Shown here in pieces: positions 1-13,004 of a DNA stretch of 64,000 bases (positions are counted from its first letter, which is position 1; every line of letters starts with the position of its first letter). The notes beneath the pieces were generated by a model, which searched no databases, was not told the origin of the DNA, and was given only the letters and a program-made list of their open reading frames with translations. This DNA comes from Mobula hypostoma (Eukaryota). The stretch is from positions 240,748,001 through 240,812,000 of the forward strand of contig NC_086097.1 of assembly GCF_963921235.1 (NCBI RefSeq), read 5' to 3'. Both the position numbers and the translations under genes were made by a program.

Positions 1-183
1 TCTTTAAACTGCACAGTTTTCACTGGTAATATGGGGAAAGCAGAAATCAATTCCCCCAGCATTCTACCATCGAAAAGCTGAGCATTACAGTTGCTCAGAG
101 GAGGATTTATTCATCTCCATTTTGACAATGAGGAAATGCCCCTCCTTAGCCATGAAAAGACAATCTCTTTATTTTGCAAATTA

Positions 184-830
184 GTAGCCCTTCTTCCTTT
201 TTCCCCATGGTCCACTGTCCTCCAATCAGATTCCTTCTTCTTCAGAGCTTTACCTCTTCCAGCTATCACCTCCCAGTTTCTTTCTTCATTCCCCCTTCCC
301 TCTCATCTGGTTTCAACTATCACTTGCCAGCTTGTACTTCTTCCCCCTCTTCACCTTCTTATTCTGGTTTCTTACCACTTCCTTTCGATGGTTCAATTTA
401 ATGTCAGAGAATGTATACAGTATACAACCTGAAATACTTCCACTAAAGCCTCCCCCCACCCCTTCACCATTTCCCATCCACTTGTCCTCTCTCAGGTTAT
501 CGCTTTGCTGCCCATCGCCTCCCTTCGGTGCTCCTCCCTCCCTTCTTATCTTTCTACCATGGCCTTCTGTCTCTTTCACCAATCAACTTCCTACCTCTTT
601 GCTTCATCTCTCCCCCTCCAACTTTCACCTATCGCCTGGCGTTTCTCTCTCCTCCTCCCCCACCTTTCACACCTACTCCTCGACTTTTTCCTCCAGTCCT
701 GCCCAAGGGTCTTGGGCTGAAACTTTCTTTGTACTTTTTTTCCATAGATGCTGCCTGGCCTGCTGAGTTCCTCCAGCATTTTGTGTGCGTTGCTCAGATT
801 TCCAGCATCTGTAGATTTTCTCTTGCTCGT
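184..830 (+). mobile_element. Degenerate Penelope-like 3' fragments (two pieces)
   Basis: Pyrimidine-rich body plus ccagtcctgcccaagggtcttgggctgaaac and the catagatgctgcctggcctgctgagttcctccagca tail shared with 5240-5320. Confidence 0.65.
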
Positions 831-2934
831 GGTACAACCCTGAAATCCTTATTCTTCGCAGATATCCACAAAACAGAGAAAACAAGCCTGAAGAATGAAC
901 GACAGAAAAACATTAGAACCCCAAAGCCCCCTCTCCTCCCCCCACTTGTTCCAGCAAAAAGCTTCAACACCCCCCACCACCAACCATACACGCAATACCA
1001 GGTCCACCAGAGACCATGATCTAGGCTCCATTAGAAACTACTGTCCATCCCAACACTTCAACATCTCAACAGGTACTTGATAGTTTTCAAAGAGATAGAG
1101 CCGTAGAGAAGTACAGCACAGCTATAGGCTCTTTGGCCCGGCTAATCCATGCTGAAAGTATTTAAACTGCCTACTCCCAATGACCTGCACCAGGACCACA
1201 GCCCCCCCCTATCCCTACTATCCATGTACCTATCCAAAAATGTGAAAATCAAACTCGCATCTACAACTTTTACTGGCAGCTTATTCTACACACTCATTCC
1301 CCCTCATGCTTCTAAACTCCAGTGAGTACAAGCCTAGAGCTATCAAATGCTCCTCAAACATTAACCCTTTAATTCCTGCATTTTTATAAACTTCATTTGC
1401 AATCCCAGCACATCCTTTCTTAGATAAGGGGCCGAACACTGCTGACAATACTCCAGGTACCGTCTGACCAATGAACGGTGGCAGAAACTGGTGGCAGTGA
1501 TTGTGGTGGATTCTGTGGTCACCGGCAATTCTGTGAACGGGAGGGAACGTAGTTGAGATGGGGGATTTTGATTGGTTGTCAAGGGTTGAGGATGGGGCAG
1601 ATTGAGAGTCAGGCTGGTATCTGCCCTGCAGAGTGACTCTCAATGTCAGGGGGCTTTTGGAAGGTGGCTGGATGAAGCATTCCGCTGCTGGGTGATCAGT
1701 GGGTGAAATAAAGTTGACTGGTCATTGGTAGGTGTGCTGTGATAGGGGACGGGGTACTATGTTAGGTGAGTGGATGAGTTTGAGGGAAAGGTGGTTGGGG
1801 GTTGTGGAAGTCAGTAACAGGGGACGTGGGTTGTGTTGGGCACAACTTCAAAATAGAGTAACTTCCATTTAGTATGGAGAAGAGGATGATTTTTCTTTTA
1901 GCTGGAGGGTAATGAATCTGTGGAATTCGCTGCCACAGATGGCTTTGGAGGTCATTGGCTATATTTAAAATGGGGATTGATAGCTGCTTAGTTAGGAAGG
2001 ATGCCAAAGGGCATGAGGAAAAGACAGGAGAATAGGGTTGAGGGGGTTAACAAATCAGACATGATGGAATGGTGGAGCTGACTCAATGGGCAGAATGGCC
2101 TCATCCCGATTCAATGATTTATGGCCTTATCCCATTTTAATCCATGTTGCATTTCTCAACAACTGCACTATTCTCCCTCAAGATCCCTTGGACAGTATCC
2201 CAATGCCAACTTTAGCTTTTATCCTTTGCAAACTCCACACCAACAGTGAGCTCAAGGGCTTTCCTAGTTAAGGTTGTTGCAATAGCCTTTGGCCCCTTAG
2301 ACCTCACAACAAGCCAATCCACAATCAGGACAAACATCGACACCCTGAATGATAGGCAATTCATGTGCCATTAGAGGCTTTTACAAAACTCTTGGCAGTG
2401 GTTCTTTCTGCAAATTCATTTATTATTCAAAGTTCAAAAGTTCAAAGTAAATTTATTATCAAAATACATTTATGTCACCATATACAACCCTAAGATTCAT
2501 TTTCTTATGGTAATACTCAATAAATCCATAAAACAATAATAACCATAGCAGGATCAATGAAAGACTTGACCGACTGGGTGTTCAAAAGACAACAAACTGT
2601 GCAAATACAAAAAGAAAGAAATAATAATAGTAAATAAATGAGCAATAAATATTGAGAACGAGATGAAGAGTCCTTGAAAGTGAGTCCGTAGGTTGTGGGA
2701 ACATTTTAATAATGGGGCAAGTGAAGTTGAGTGAAGATACCACCTTTGTTTTAAGAGTCTGATACTTCCTGAATTTGGTGGTGTGAGTCCTGAGGCTCCT
2801 ATACATTCTTCCTGATGGAAGCAATGAGAAGAGAGCATGTCCTGGGTTTTGGGTGTCCCAGATGATGGATGCTGCTTTCCTGTGACAATGCCTTGTGTAG
2901 ATGTGCTCAATGGTGGGTGACAGGGCTTATTTTG

Positions 2935-3275
2935 CATGCCATCTTGGACAATGTCTCCCATCCACTACATAATGTACTGGGTGGGCACAGGAGTACATTC
3001 AGCCAGAGACTCATTCCACCGAGATGCAACACTGAGCCTCATAGGAAGTCATTCCTGCCTGTGGCCATCAAACTTTACAACTCCTCCCTTGGAGGGTCAG
3101 ACACCCTGAGACTATAGGCTGGTCCTGGACTTATTTCCATCTGGCATAATTTACATATTATTATTTAATTATTTATGGTTTTATATTGCTATATTTATAC
3201 TCTATTCTTGATTGGTGCAACTGTAACGAAACCTAATTTCCCTTGGGATCAATAAAGTATGTCTATCTATCTATT
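2935..3275 (+). mobile_element. Rex1/Babar-like LINE 3' end (young family)
   Basis: Encodes AILDNVSHPLHNVL..HRSTFSQRLIPPRCNTE..RKSFLPVAIKLYN, then AATAAA and a short repeat tail. Near-identical to 24238-24589 and 56947-57277. Confidence 0.8.
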
Positions 3276-3704
3276 TCCAAATTTCATTTGGAGTTTTGGG
3301 AGATTTGCTGTGTTACTAAAGACTCTAGCAAATTTCTACAAATGTTCTGAGGAGAGCCCTGGTTGCATCACCATCTGATATGGGTCTGCCAATGCACAGG
3401 ATCGGAAAAAGCTGCAGATGGTTGCAAACTCAGCCAAGCTCCATCGAGGACACTAGCTTCCTCACTGTCAAGGGCATCTTCAACAGTGGGTTCCTCAAGA
3501 AGGAGGCATCCATCATTAAGGATCTTCGCCATCCAGGGCATGCTCTTTTTGCAAAATTGAGGTGGTACAGCAGCCTGAAGAAACTCAATCAAAGTATTAA
3601 GAACAAGTTTTCTCCTCTGTCATCAGATTTTTGAATGGTCTATGAACTCATAAAGAACCATTATTTTGCTCTTACTTACTGTTTTTATATATTCCTTATT
3701 ATAA

Positions 3705-4140
3705 ACAAGGATGCTGCCAGGTCTGGAGGACCTGAGTTATAAGGAAATACTAAATTGGTTACGACTTTATTCCTTGGAACATAGAAGACAGAGATTTGAT
3801 AGAGGAGTACAAAATTATGAAAGGTATTTATAGGGTAAATGCAAGCAAGCTTTTTCCACTGAGGTTGGATGGTACTACAAATAGATGTCATAGATGAAGA
3901 GTGAAAGATGAAAAGCTTAAGGGGAACGAGGGGAATCTTCTTCACTCAGAGGGCTGTGAGAATTTGAAACAAGCTTCCATCGCAAGTGGTGCATGCAAAC
4001 TCAATTTCAACACGTAAGAGAAATTTGGATAGGTACCTGCTTGGTAGGCTATGGTCCAGGTTCAGGTCGATGAGAGTAGGCAATTTAAATGCTTTGGCCA
4101 AAGGACCTGTTTCTGTGCTGTACTTTTCTATAACTCTAAG
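3705..4140 (+). mobile_element. CR1 3' fragment
   Basis: Same family as 8408-9000 and 41390-41800. Confidence 0.75.
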
Positions 4141-4807
4141 TTAAGTGTCTTTTATATCTATTGCACTGTACTGGAGCCACAAAACAACAAATTTCATGAC
4201 ATATGTCTGTGATAATAAACTTGATCCAAATATACTGGACAAAATTGTCACGTAACAAATCAAACTTGCAGTAGGACTTGAACCTAGAGTTACATGTACA
4301 GGAACCTCTAAACCCTTTCTTCTACTCCTGCTATTTCAGTAGCTAGGTCTTACAATCAATTAACAACTTCTGCTAGCTGAAACATAAATTCAGCCTCACA
4401 TTCAGTATACAAGGACAACGGCAATAGGAGCGGCAGTCAAAATGTAACAATCTCATGCATGTTAAATCATTCAATGGGATTGCCATTGATCATTGAACTC
4501 AAGTTCATATTGCTGGGAATCCGTATCTCTTGATACCCTGAAGAATCCAATAATCTGCGGACTTCAGTCTTGAGTATGGGCAATAGACACATATCTGCAA
4601 TCTTTTAGAACACAGTGTTATGCCAATCTTTTTAACCTAAGATTAATCTAACCCATCCTCTCCACATAGCCCTCTACTTTTCTGTCATCCGTGAGCCTAT
4701 CTAAGAGTTTCTTAAATGTCCCTAATGTATCTGCCTCTACCATCACCTGGAAGTGTGTTCCATGCACTCACCGCCTTCTGTGAAGAGGTACATGGAGGGA
4801 CAGAATT

Positions 4808-5325
4808 CTATGGCCTCCTCTACTGCCGCGATGAGGCCACACTCAGGTTGGAAGAGCAACACCTTATATTCAGTCTGGGTAGCCTCCAAACTGATGGCAT
4901 GAACATCAATTTCTCAAACTTCCAGTAATGGACCCCCCCACCCCCACTTCACCATTCCCGTTCTCATTTCCCTCTCTCACCTTATCTGCCCATCACTTCC
5001 CCCTGGTGCTCCACCCCCTTCCCTTTCTTCCATGGCCTTTTATCCTCTCCTATAAGATTCCCCCTTCTCCAGCTCCTTATCTGTTCCACCAATCTTTACT
5101 ACACCCCTCCCTCTTTCCCGGTTTCACCTACCACCTGGTATGTCTTCCTCTCCTCCCCCACCTTTTCACTCTGACTGCTCATCTTTTTTCTCCAGTCCTG
5201 ATGAAGGGTCTCAGCCCAAATGTTGACTGTACTCTTTTCCATAGATGCTGCCTGCTCTGCTGAGTTCCTCCAGCATTTTGCACGTGTTGCTTGGATTTAC
5301 AGCATCTGCAGGTTTTCTTTTGTTT
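4808..5325 (+). mobile_element. Older Penelope-like 3' fragment
   Basis: Encodes YGLLYCRDEATLRLEEQHLIFSLGSLQTDGMNINFSNFQ, followed by a pyrimidine tract and a degenerate hammerhead at 5193-5229. Confidence 0.8.
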
Positions 5326-7154
5326 GGGTACAGAACTCCATAGGTTTACAGCTCTCCATCATGGAATTTTCCATCTCAGATCATAATATGCAAAACTCTC
5401 ATGCTAAGTCTACTTCCAGGAATTCCAAGAAATAGAAACAGGATGTCCACATCAACCCTGGACCTCAAGACGGCAAAAAAAAAACTGTTATGAAAAATCT
5501 TGGCCCAAAACGTTGACTCTTTGTTATTTTGATGAACCTGACCTGCTGAGTTCTCCCAGCATTTTGTGCGTGTTACTCTGAATTTCTACCATCTGCAGAA
5601 TCTCTTGCGTGCATATCTGTTTTGAAATTGTCACAGTCATTCTCTGGCATCTAGTCAACCTCGGGAATTGGCACTGTAGGTCACCTGAGGAGCCGCCAAT
5701 AGACAACCACTTTGGAGAAGATCATACTCGACTTGAGTGATTGCACCACCACTAAATGGATGCACATTGTTTTTTTCACCCCCCACTTTAACACCAGGAA
5801 AAGAAATTGAACATTGACAATACAATAATCAAACCATGTTTATAAGAACTAATGAAGAATTGGCCTGTAATTGAAAAGTAAGTTCAAAATGCAGGACTTG
5901 TTGAGGTGCTGCATTACTTATATTCAAACAAAGAGGACTTGAAATGAAAAATGCACGTGCTCGATGCACCAGGATACCCATGCATCTTTAAAGACCAAAT
6001 CTGATGCTGCTTAAGGAACTTGTGACCTGGAGCTAATGGACCAACACTTCATTGAATATTCATGTCATTGGGTATAAGACACAAAAACACAATGATTAAT
6101 GACAGTCTGCATGAAACTAATTGCAATAAGTAAGTTTAGGATAATCACTGTCAATGCTATGGGGAAAAAAACAGCTTATTAGCACAGATTTGAAAATAGT
6201 ATGTCACATGGGAATATAAAAAGAGACATGGGACACCTGGTCAAGAGAAGAAAGAAGTGTACTTAAGAAGCAAGGATCAGGCAGGGGTCCAGAGAGTTAC
6301 AGGGCAGCCATGAAGAGCTGAAGAATGGAATTAGAGGAGCAAGAGGGGCTTTAAAAGGGCCTTAATGAGTTGGATTATGAAAAATCCCAAGGTGTTCCAT
6401 ATGTTTGTGAAGAACAGGAGGATAGTCAGTATGAGGGTAGGCCTGATCAGAGGTAGTAGAAGAAACATGCCTGGAGTCAGAGGAAGTAGAAGAGGTCCTT
6501 AATGAATACCTTGCATCAGTATTCACAACTGTGAGGGACCTTAATGACTGCGATGACAGCATAAACCAAGCTGATATGGCTGATCATGTTGAAATTAAGA
6601 AAGACATGCTGGAACTCTTGAAAAACATTAGTATAGATAAGGCCCGGGACTAGATGGGCCATATCCCAGGTTTCTTTGGGAAGTGAAGGAATAGATTAAT
6701 GGACAAACACAAAATGAGAAGCACCATTGAGCTGTCAGATCATTGGGCAAGAGGCAGAAAAAGACGGCGATAAATTGAAGTCTGCATGAAATTAATGACA
6801 AATAAGCAATGAGATAAAGTAATCACTGTCAGTATTAAGGGCAAAACCAGGTTTTTGGCATTGATTTAAAAGCAATATGCCTCATGGGAACATAATCTTG
6901 AGTTTCAGAACAAAGATCAACTGGGATCAAGAGAGACTATTCAAAGTTCAAAGTACATGATCAAAGTCTGTATACTTTATAGAACCTTGAGATTTGTCCC
7001 TTTGCAGGCTGACTAACAGCCAAAGTGGTGGGGAGGGGAGGGGGTGGGGAGAGGATGGGAGGGGAGAGAGGGGGAGAGAATGGGAGGGGATGGGGGAGGG
7101 AAACAAAAATAAACAAATCCTGCAAAAAATAAAAGTAACCAAACAGAATTTAGA

Positions 7155-7247
7155 CGAAGGGTCTCGGCCTGAAACGTCGACTGCACCTCTTCCTAGAGAT
7201 GCTGCCTGGCCTGCTGCGTTCACCAGCAACTTTTATGTGTATTGCTG
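7155..7247 (+). mobile_element. ~93-bp Penelope-derived mini-insertion starting inside the hammerhead
   Basis: Flanked by aaacagaatttaga at 7141-7154 and 7248-7261. Confidence 0.82.
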
Positions 7248-8407
7248 AAACAGAATTTAGAATGAGAGCGAGTCCTCAGACACAAAGCCCAGAGCACACC
7301 ACACCCACAGCCTCAGTTCAGCACATTGCAGAGTAAATGTCGCAGAGTCTGCAGACACGAAACTCAAAGCAGCTGAAGCAGGCCTCGATCTCAGCCTTAG
7401 TGCAGCAAGGAGCAGGGTAAATATCACAGAGCAGCAGGCAGAACTGGATTGACCCTCACCTCTGGTCCCGACACCCTGCCTTTTCTATCTATTTGGCCGA
7501 GTTTAAATCCCCTTTTCATATGATGTTTAGTGGGCAAAACACATTATTTTATTCTGTTGCAATTTTATAACCTACTCCAATATATTTGTAAAAGTACATC
7601 TATTATCTTCCAATGACTTTAAGGTCAGCGTTAAAATACTTGATAAGATACGAGCCCTTGCAATTATTAATCACAGTTTGAAAAGGCCACTCGCCCAGGT
7701 AAATAAGGAATACAAATGATAGTGCCAGCTCTTTGAAGCCTGGTATATTTTTGTTTTGATTGAAGACTTCAGAAATAATTTCATGGTTACTGATACATGT
7801 ATAAACGCTGCTGACTCAGTTTGAAATGCTGGTTATCAGTACACCAAACCCTGATGTTCAAAATCTTAACATTTATTATTTTTATGACAGCATGTGACTA
7901 TTAACTTAGAGGCACTCTTCTAATTAGTACTTATCTGCTGGGTGACTGCCTCATGTCTAATGATAAACTATAATAGAAACAGAGTCATCTCTGTTTCTCA
8001 GATGAGAACACCAAATGGCCAATTTTAATGCTTTCATCTCGAATTCCATCCATTTGCTTTTAAAATTCTGATTTTTCACTTCTAATACTCCTGGAATTCT
8101 GTTCCATTCATTGGTCATTCTGTGTGGAACACTGATATCAATCATAGAGTAACCTTGGACTAGTTTGAATCTGTTTCTCCTTACCAGGTTGTTACTTTTT
8201 TTTGTAAACATAATGTTTGACATTATTTGTATCTTTTTCTGTTCAGAGACACTGAAATATTTTTGGACTATTTTATTCAGGTTGACAAGACTCAAGGTAG
8301 AATTTCATCCTTGGTTTATAAGCTCCATGTGCATTGAGGTCCATTTCCAAAAGCATATCCCACTAAGTCAGCTGAACAAATGATCCAAACAAACTGAAGT
8401 AAATTAA

Positions 8408-9000
8408 AGTATTGAGTGCAGGAAGTTGGGATGTTACGTTGAAGTTGTACAAGACCTTTGAAGTAATGAATGCAGTTCTGGTTATCAACCTCAGGAAAGA
8501 TATCAATAAGATTGAAAGGGTGCAGAGAAAATCTACAAGGATGTTGTCAAGGCTTGAGGACGTGAGTTACAGGGAAAGATTGAATAGGTTAGGACTTTAT
8601 TTCACGGAGCGTAGGAGAACAAAGGGAGATTTGATGGAGGTATACAAAATGATGGGGGGGAGGTTATAGATAGAGTTTACACAAGCAGGCTTTTCCCGCT
8701 GAGGTTGGGTGAGATTAGAACTAGAGGTCATGGGGTAAGGGTGAAGTTGAAATGTTTAAGGGGAACATGAGGGGGAACTCGACTCAGAGGGTGGTGAGAG
8801 TGTGAAATGAACTGCCAGCAGAAGTGGTAGATGTGGGTTCAATTTCAACATTTAAGAGAAATTCGGATAAGTTTTGAGATGGAAGGGGCATAGAGAGCCA
8901 TGGTCCAGGTGCAGGCCGATGGGACTAGGCACAATAATTGTTCTGCAAGGATTAGGTGGGCCAAAGCACCCATTTCTGTGCTGTAGTATTCTATGAATCT
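8408..9000 (+). mobile_element. CR1 3' fragment
   Basis: Encodes KDINKIERVQRKSTRML..LEDVSYRERLNRLGLY, followed by a CR1 tail. Confidence 0.8.
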
Positions 9001-10450
9001 AAACCTAATCTTCCAGAGCTGAAGACAAGTCGGATATATTGCTGTATTCTGTGTTTGGTACACATGAAGAACGAGGAATTTTACAAGTCTGCCTGACACA
9101 ACCAACTTCAATTCTCTCCCACGCTGTTTTCTTTGTTTATCAGAGACTGGAGATGCCTATAGCTCAATGGGTGCTCAACCAAAAGAATGTGCAGAGTTAT
9201 CAAGGTCCATAGCATTAAAGTGACAGAGGTATAGAGTGTGTATACATGCCCTTTAACCCAATGAGTTGATTTCGACCCTTCATCACATTTACCCCCACAT
9301 TTGCAGCAAATGCCCCAGATTCTACCACACCAGGGCAACTTTTAGTGGCTAATTAACTTACCAACCTGCAGGTTGTCGTCATGCAGGAAGAAACAGGAGT
9401 GTCATTGCGGATTAACCGGACTCTGAAAACTCACACTCATTCCTCAAACACAATTTATTTCACTCGTGCACAAGAAGAACAGCATGGCCCCTGTCACCAC
9501 ACTGTACTGAAGTCTGAACATAGAAATGCCATTTTTATAAATAATAGACTAGTTGCATATGGATACTGACCAACTGGTAACCTTGTGCATGTTCAAACTC
9601 TTTATTTGTGTGACCAATCACACTTCTATACTACAGTTCTGAAGGAGGAGCTCGGTCCAAAACATTGACTATTTATTAATTTCCATAGATGCTGTCTGAC
9701 CTGCTGAGTTCCTCCAGCACTTTGTGTGTGTTGCTTTTGATAGTATGGTATTAATAGCCAATAGAACCAACATGTTAACGGCCAATGCTCCAGAGGACTA
9801 CAACCTTGTCGTAGAGTTTGGAGGCTCGTGTGCCTTAATGACCCAGAGAGCTACTGTATGTTGGCTGGAGTCAGGGCCTTGTGCTTTGCCTCTTGGTAGG
9901 ATCACCCATGCCAAACAGGTCAAAGGGTAGAGGTCAGACTAAGAGTGGTCCACCAGACCTCCAGGTTCAGGGGTTTAGCTCAGGGCTAACAATCCTGAGT
10001 GGTCAAACAAAATTGTTACAGGAACAGCAATGAAGAATCCTTCTATATCTGTGTGCGATGGGGCTGAGTCTCCACCTGGGACTTGTATGCCTGACGGCAG
10101 TGAAAACCAAGAGGAAGCCACTAACATGACGAAGGAAGCACTGAACACCGACAGAGGTGGAGGACCTTCATTGCTGACCTAAACGCCAGCGGTGTGATGG
10201 GCAGTAAGGAACTTAAGGGCCAATAGTACTTCACAATTAGTAAAATAACTGACCAATAGTAAGTGTTATCTTTATAAGCATCCTTATCTTGTCTCTGTAT
10301 GCCAGATAAGTCCGGTCCCCTGTTGTGCAAAAGGAAGCTATGCTCCTCAGAGACCTGTCTTAGGTTGATTGGACACGATCTGCAAACTATCCATCCCTGC
10401 ACATTACCTCAATCCCTGTCTTGCTGCAACGTCCACAGGAGAACCTAGAG

Positions 10451-10530
10451 TAGGAGTTCCCAATCTGCAATCCATGCACCCATCAGTTAATACTAAGGCT
10501 CCATAGCACAAAAAAGGTTGAGAACGCCAG
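10451..10530. mobile_element. 80-bp degenerate hAT MITE of the same family
   Basis: Ends are taggagttcccaatct and aggttgagaacgccag. TSD acctagag at 10443-10450 and 10531-10538. Confidence 0.75.
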
Positions 10531-11059
10531 ACCTAGAGGAAAATCCACTGAGGTCACAGAGGAAACATGTAAACTCCTCACAGACAGTACCAAAGCTCAG
10601 AACTGACCCGTTCACTGCAGCTGTATTCATTCCGCTGAATACCATTCCAAAATGATTTAACAAAGGATATCTGCCAAGATTCCACCATCTCGTAAAACCT
10701 AATTTTTTCAGGGCTGTATATTAGGGAAATGAATCACTTTTTTTAATACAGTCATTTGCAACTGTGCTCATGAGATTTGATCTTAAAACACACACACAAA
10801 ATGCTGGAGGAACTCAGCAGATCAAGCAGCATCTATGAAGTGGAATAAACAATGTTCCAGGCCAAGACTCTTCATCACGATGGATTTTCAGTATCTGTAG
10901 AATCTCTTGTGTTTATAATCTATTCTTTAGCTTATTTGCATATTGCTTACTGCATGAAAGATGCAAAAGAGCTCTCAAAATTTCTGGAGCAACACACACA
11001 AAATGCAGGAGGAACTCAGCAGGTCAGGCAGCATCTATGGTGATGAACAAAACTTTCCC

Positions 11060-13004
11060 AAAGTTTCTGTTTTAGTTTTCCATTTCCTCTGAAAACAGGC
11101 AAATTTTATACAAATTGTGCCATTACAGAACAGACAAATAGGTGATAAAGTCCTTTGGTGCTCAAACGGTTTCATCTTTGTAATGTTTAACTTGTGAAGC
11201 AATTGTAAAAATTGTTGCTTAATATACTTATTAACTGTACAAACACTGCAGCATCAAACAGTCAATTTGCCAAAAAAAAAATCTCATGGACAAACATGTC
11301 AGGGGAAGTCTTGGGAACCTGTGAGCAGCAGTTTTCTTGGTTGCTTAGCTACTCTGTGACAAAGAGCCTGTTTAACCCCTGGAACATCTGCTTACTATCA
11401 GCATCTGTCAACAGCATTCTCCTCCAGGCAGTGATAATGGTGACGATTGTAGATTCTGTTGTAATCGGCTCAGCTGTGATTGCACTAATGAGACTCTCGA
11501 AAAGCAACTGATCTGTTGCCGCACAACCTTTGGTGGTTATATATCAGGATGTGTTGAATTTCACTTAGAGGTTTTGAAGAATAACCAGCTTCAAATGGAA
11601 AATACTGACGGTGGAAAATAATAAGTTTGGGCCTCCTGGCATCAGTGGATTTCCAAATGCACCAACAGCTACTACAGTTCTTCAGGGTTAAGAAAGTGCT
11701 TGTTAAATTAATAGTGTATTAACTACTGTTGCACTGAGAAACTGGGTGTTTGTTGCAGCTTGTAGTCTGAGCATCAAAAGCTCATCTATAACACACATTT
11801 CAGTCTAAGAGAGTTACAACTACTAAAACACACCCAGGTTTTCCCTCAATAATTGCGTATACTTACGTTTCTGTGTATATGAGTTTACTATTTATTGATG
11901 GAATTCAAAAAAAATTTTGTGTATCCAAATTCAGAAACACAATTCACAAAGGGCCCAAAAATAGATTGTCACTGTATCAGAAAACTTCACTTAATACTTT
12001 TGGTAAAACTTTATTATTCAAGTTTAGATGTAAATGACCTCATTTCTGTCTGAAATAGCTTTCATGGAAGATACAGAAAGAATGTGTAGGTGTGATTTTA
12101 AAAAAAAACATCACAAAATTACATGCATGATGAAAGTTGGGAACAGGTCCCGGTTGTTTTCAAGTCAGAGGCAATGGTTCCTTTTGCTTCCTTCAGATCT
12201 GGATCATTTATTTACTGGGAGGCATAATCGAATAATATTGTCAGATTTGAAAAGCTAAAGAAAATTGTAAAAGCTATGATCTATTTCCAGACTTCTAAAA
12301 TTAGTTTAATGCTTTGTAAGCTCTTGGAAACACTGCCCCTGTACTGAAGCAAGACTGTATTTCATTATAAGACTGATGTATGATGCAATGGAAAAAAAAA
12401 TAAACAAAACCAACAGAAGATAGCGAATCCAACATTATTTGATAAGAACCATCAAATTCCAAAGTGTTTCACTTGAAACATAATATTGAAAAGCAATTAA
12501 CAAATGTGCATATAGTCTTTTCAAGCTTAACAATATGAATTAAGAGCCTTGATAGATAACACAAAGTACATTAATATTAATTAAGTGGAATGCATAGTGC
12601 TACCCTCTTTTTTTTCCCCCTATTTAAGCATGAAAATACGTCCATCTACTTTTCATCCATACATTGCATTCGCAGCAACCATATTTATTTCATGATGGTA
12701 TTCGGGGCTACTATGTGAAAGAGAAAAAAAAAATTCTAATGAAATTGAAATAGGTGCTTCATTTCTTCTTTTGCTACATCTGCACATGTAAACAGCTAGA
12801 AAAGAATCAGTATTCTGACTCTAAAGCATAATGCAATATTTTTGTTGCATACTTTATAGAAAAAAATTATACAATGCGTCAGGCACCATCATTTTCAAAT
12901 GTTTAACATTTACTCTTTTTTAGAAAAATAATATTCTGATTGTTCTCCCAAATTCTAAAATGCAACATGTACTCGTTGTGTTACAGTACTAAAAGTTCTA
13001 TTCC
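11060..13004 (-). promoter_or_regulatory. TRPS1: TRPS1 proximal 3' UTR (true end unknown)
   Basis: About 2 kb of AT-rich sequence without recognisable TEs, directly after the stop codon. Minus-strand AATAAA at 12684-12689, 12207-12212, 12010-12015 and 11891-11896. Confidence 0.6.

Noticed and set aside
91..1080. Cluster of 60-160-aa Pro/Ser/Leu/Phe-rich ORFs
   Set aside because: Low-complexity pyrimidine-rich retroelement UTR sequence.
7141..7154. Sequence-specific Penelope target (agaattta shared by two TSDs)
   Set aside because: The two elements are in opposite orientations and the other TSDs share only AT-richness, so there is too little evidence.
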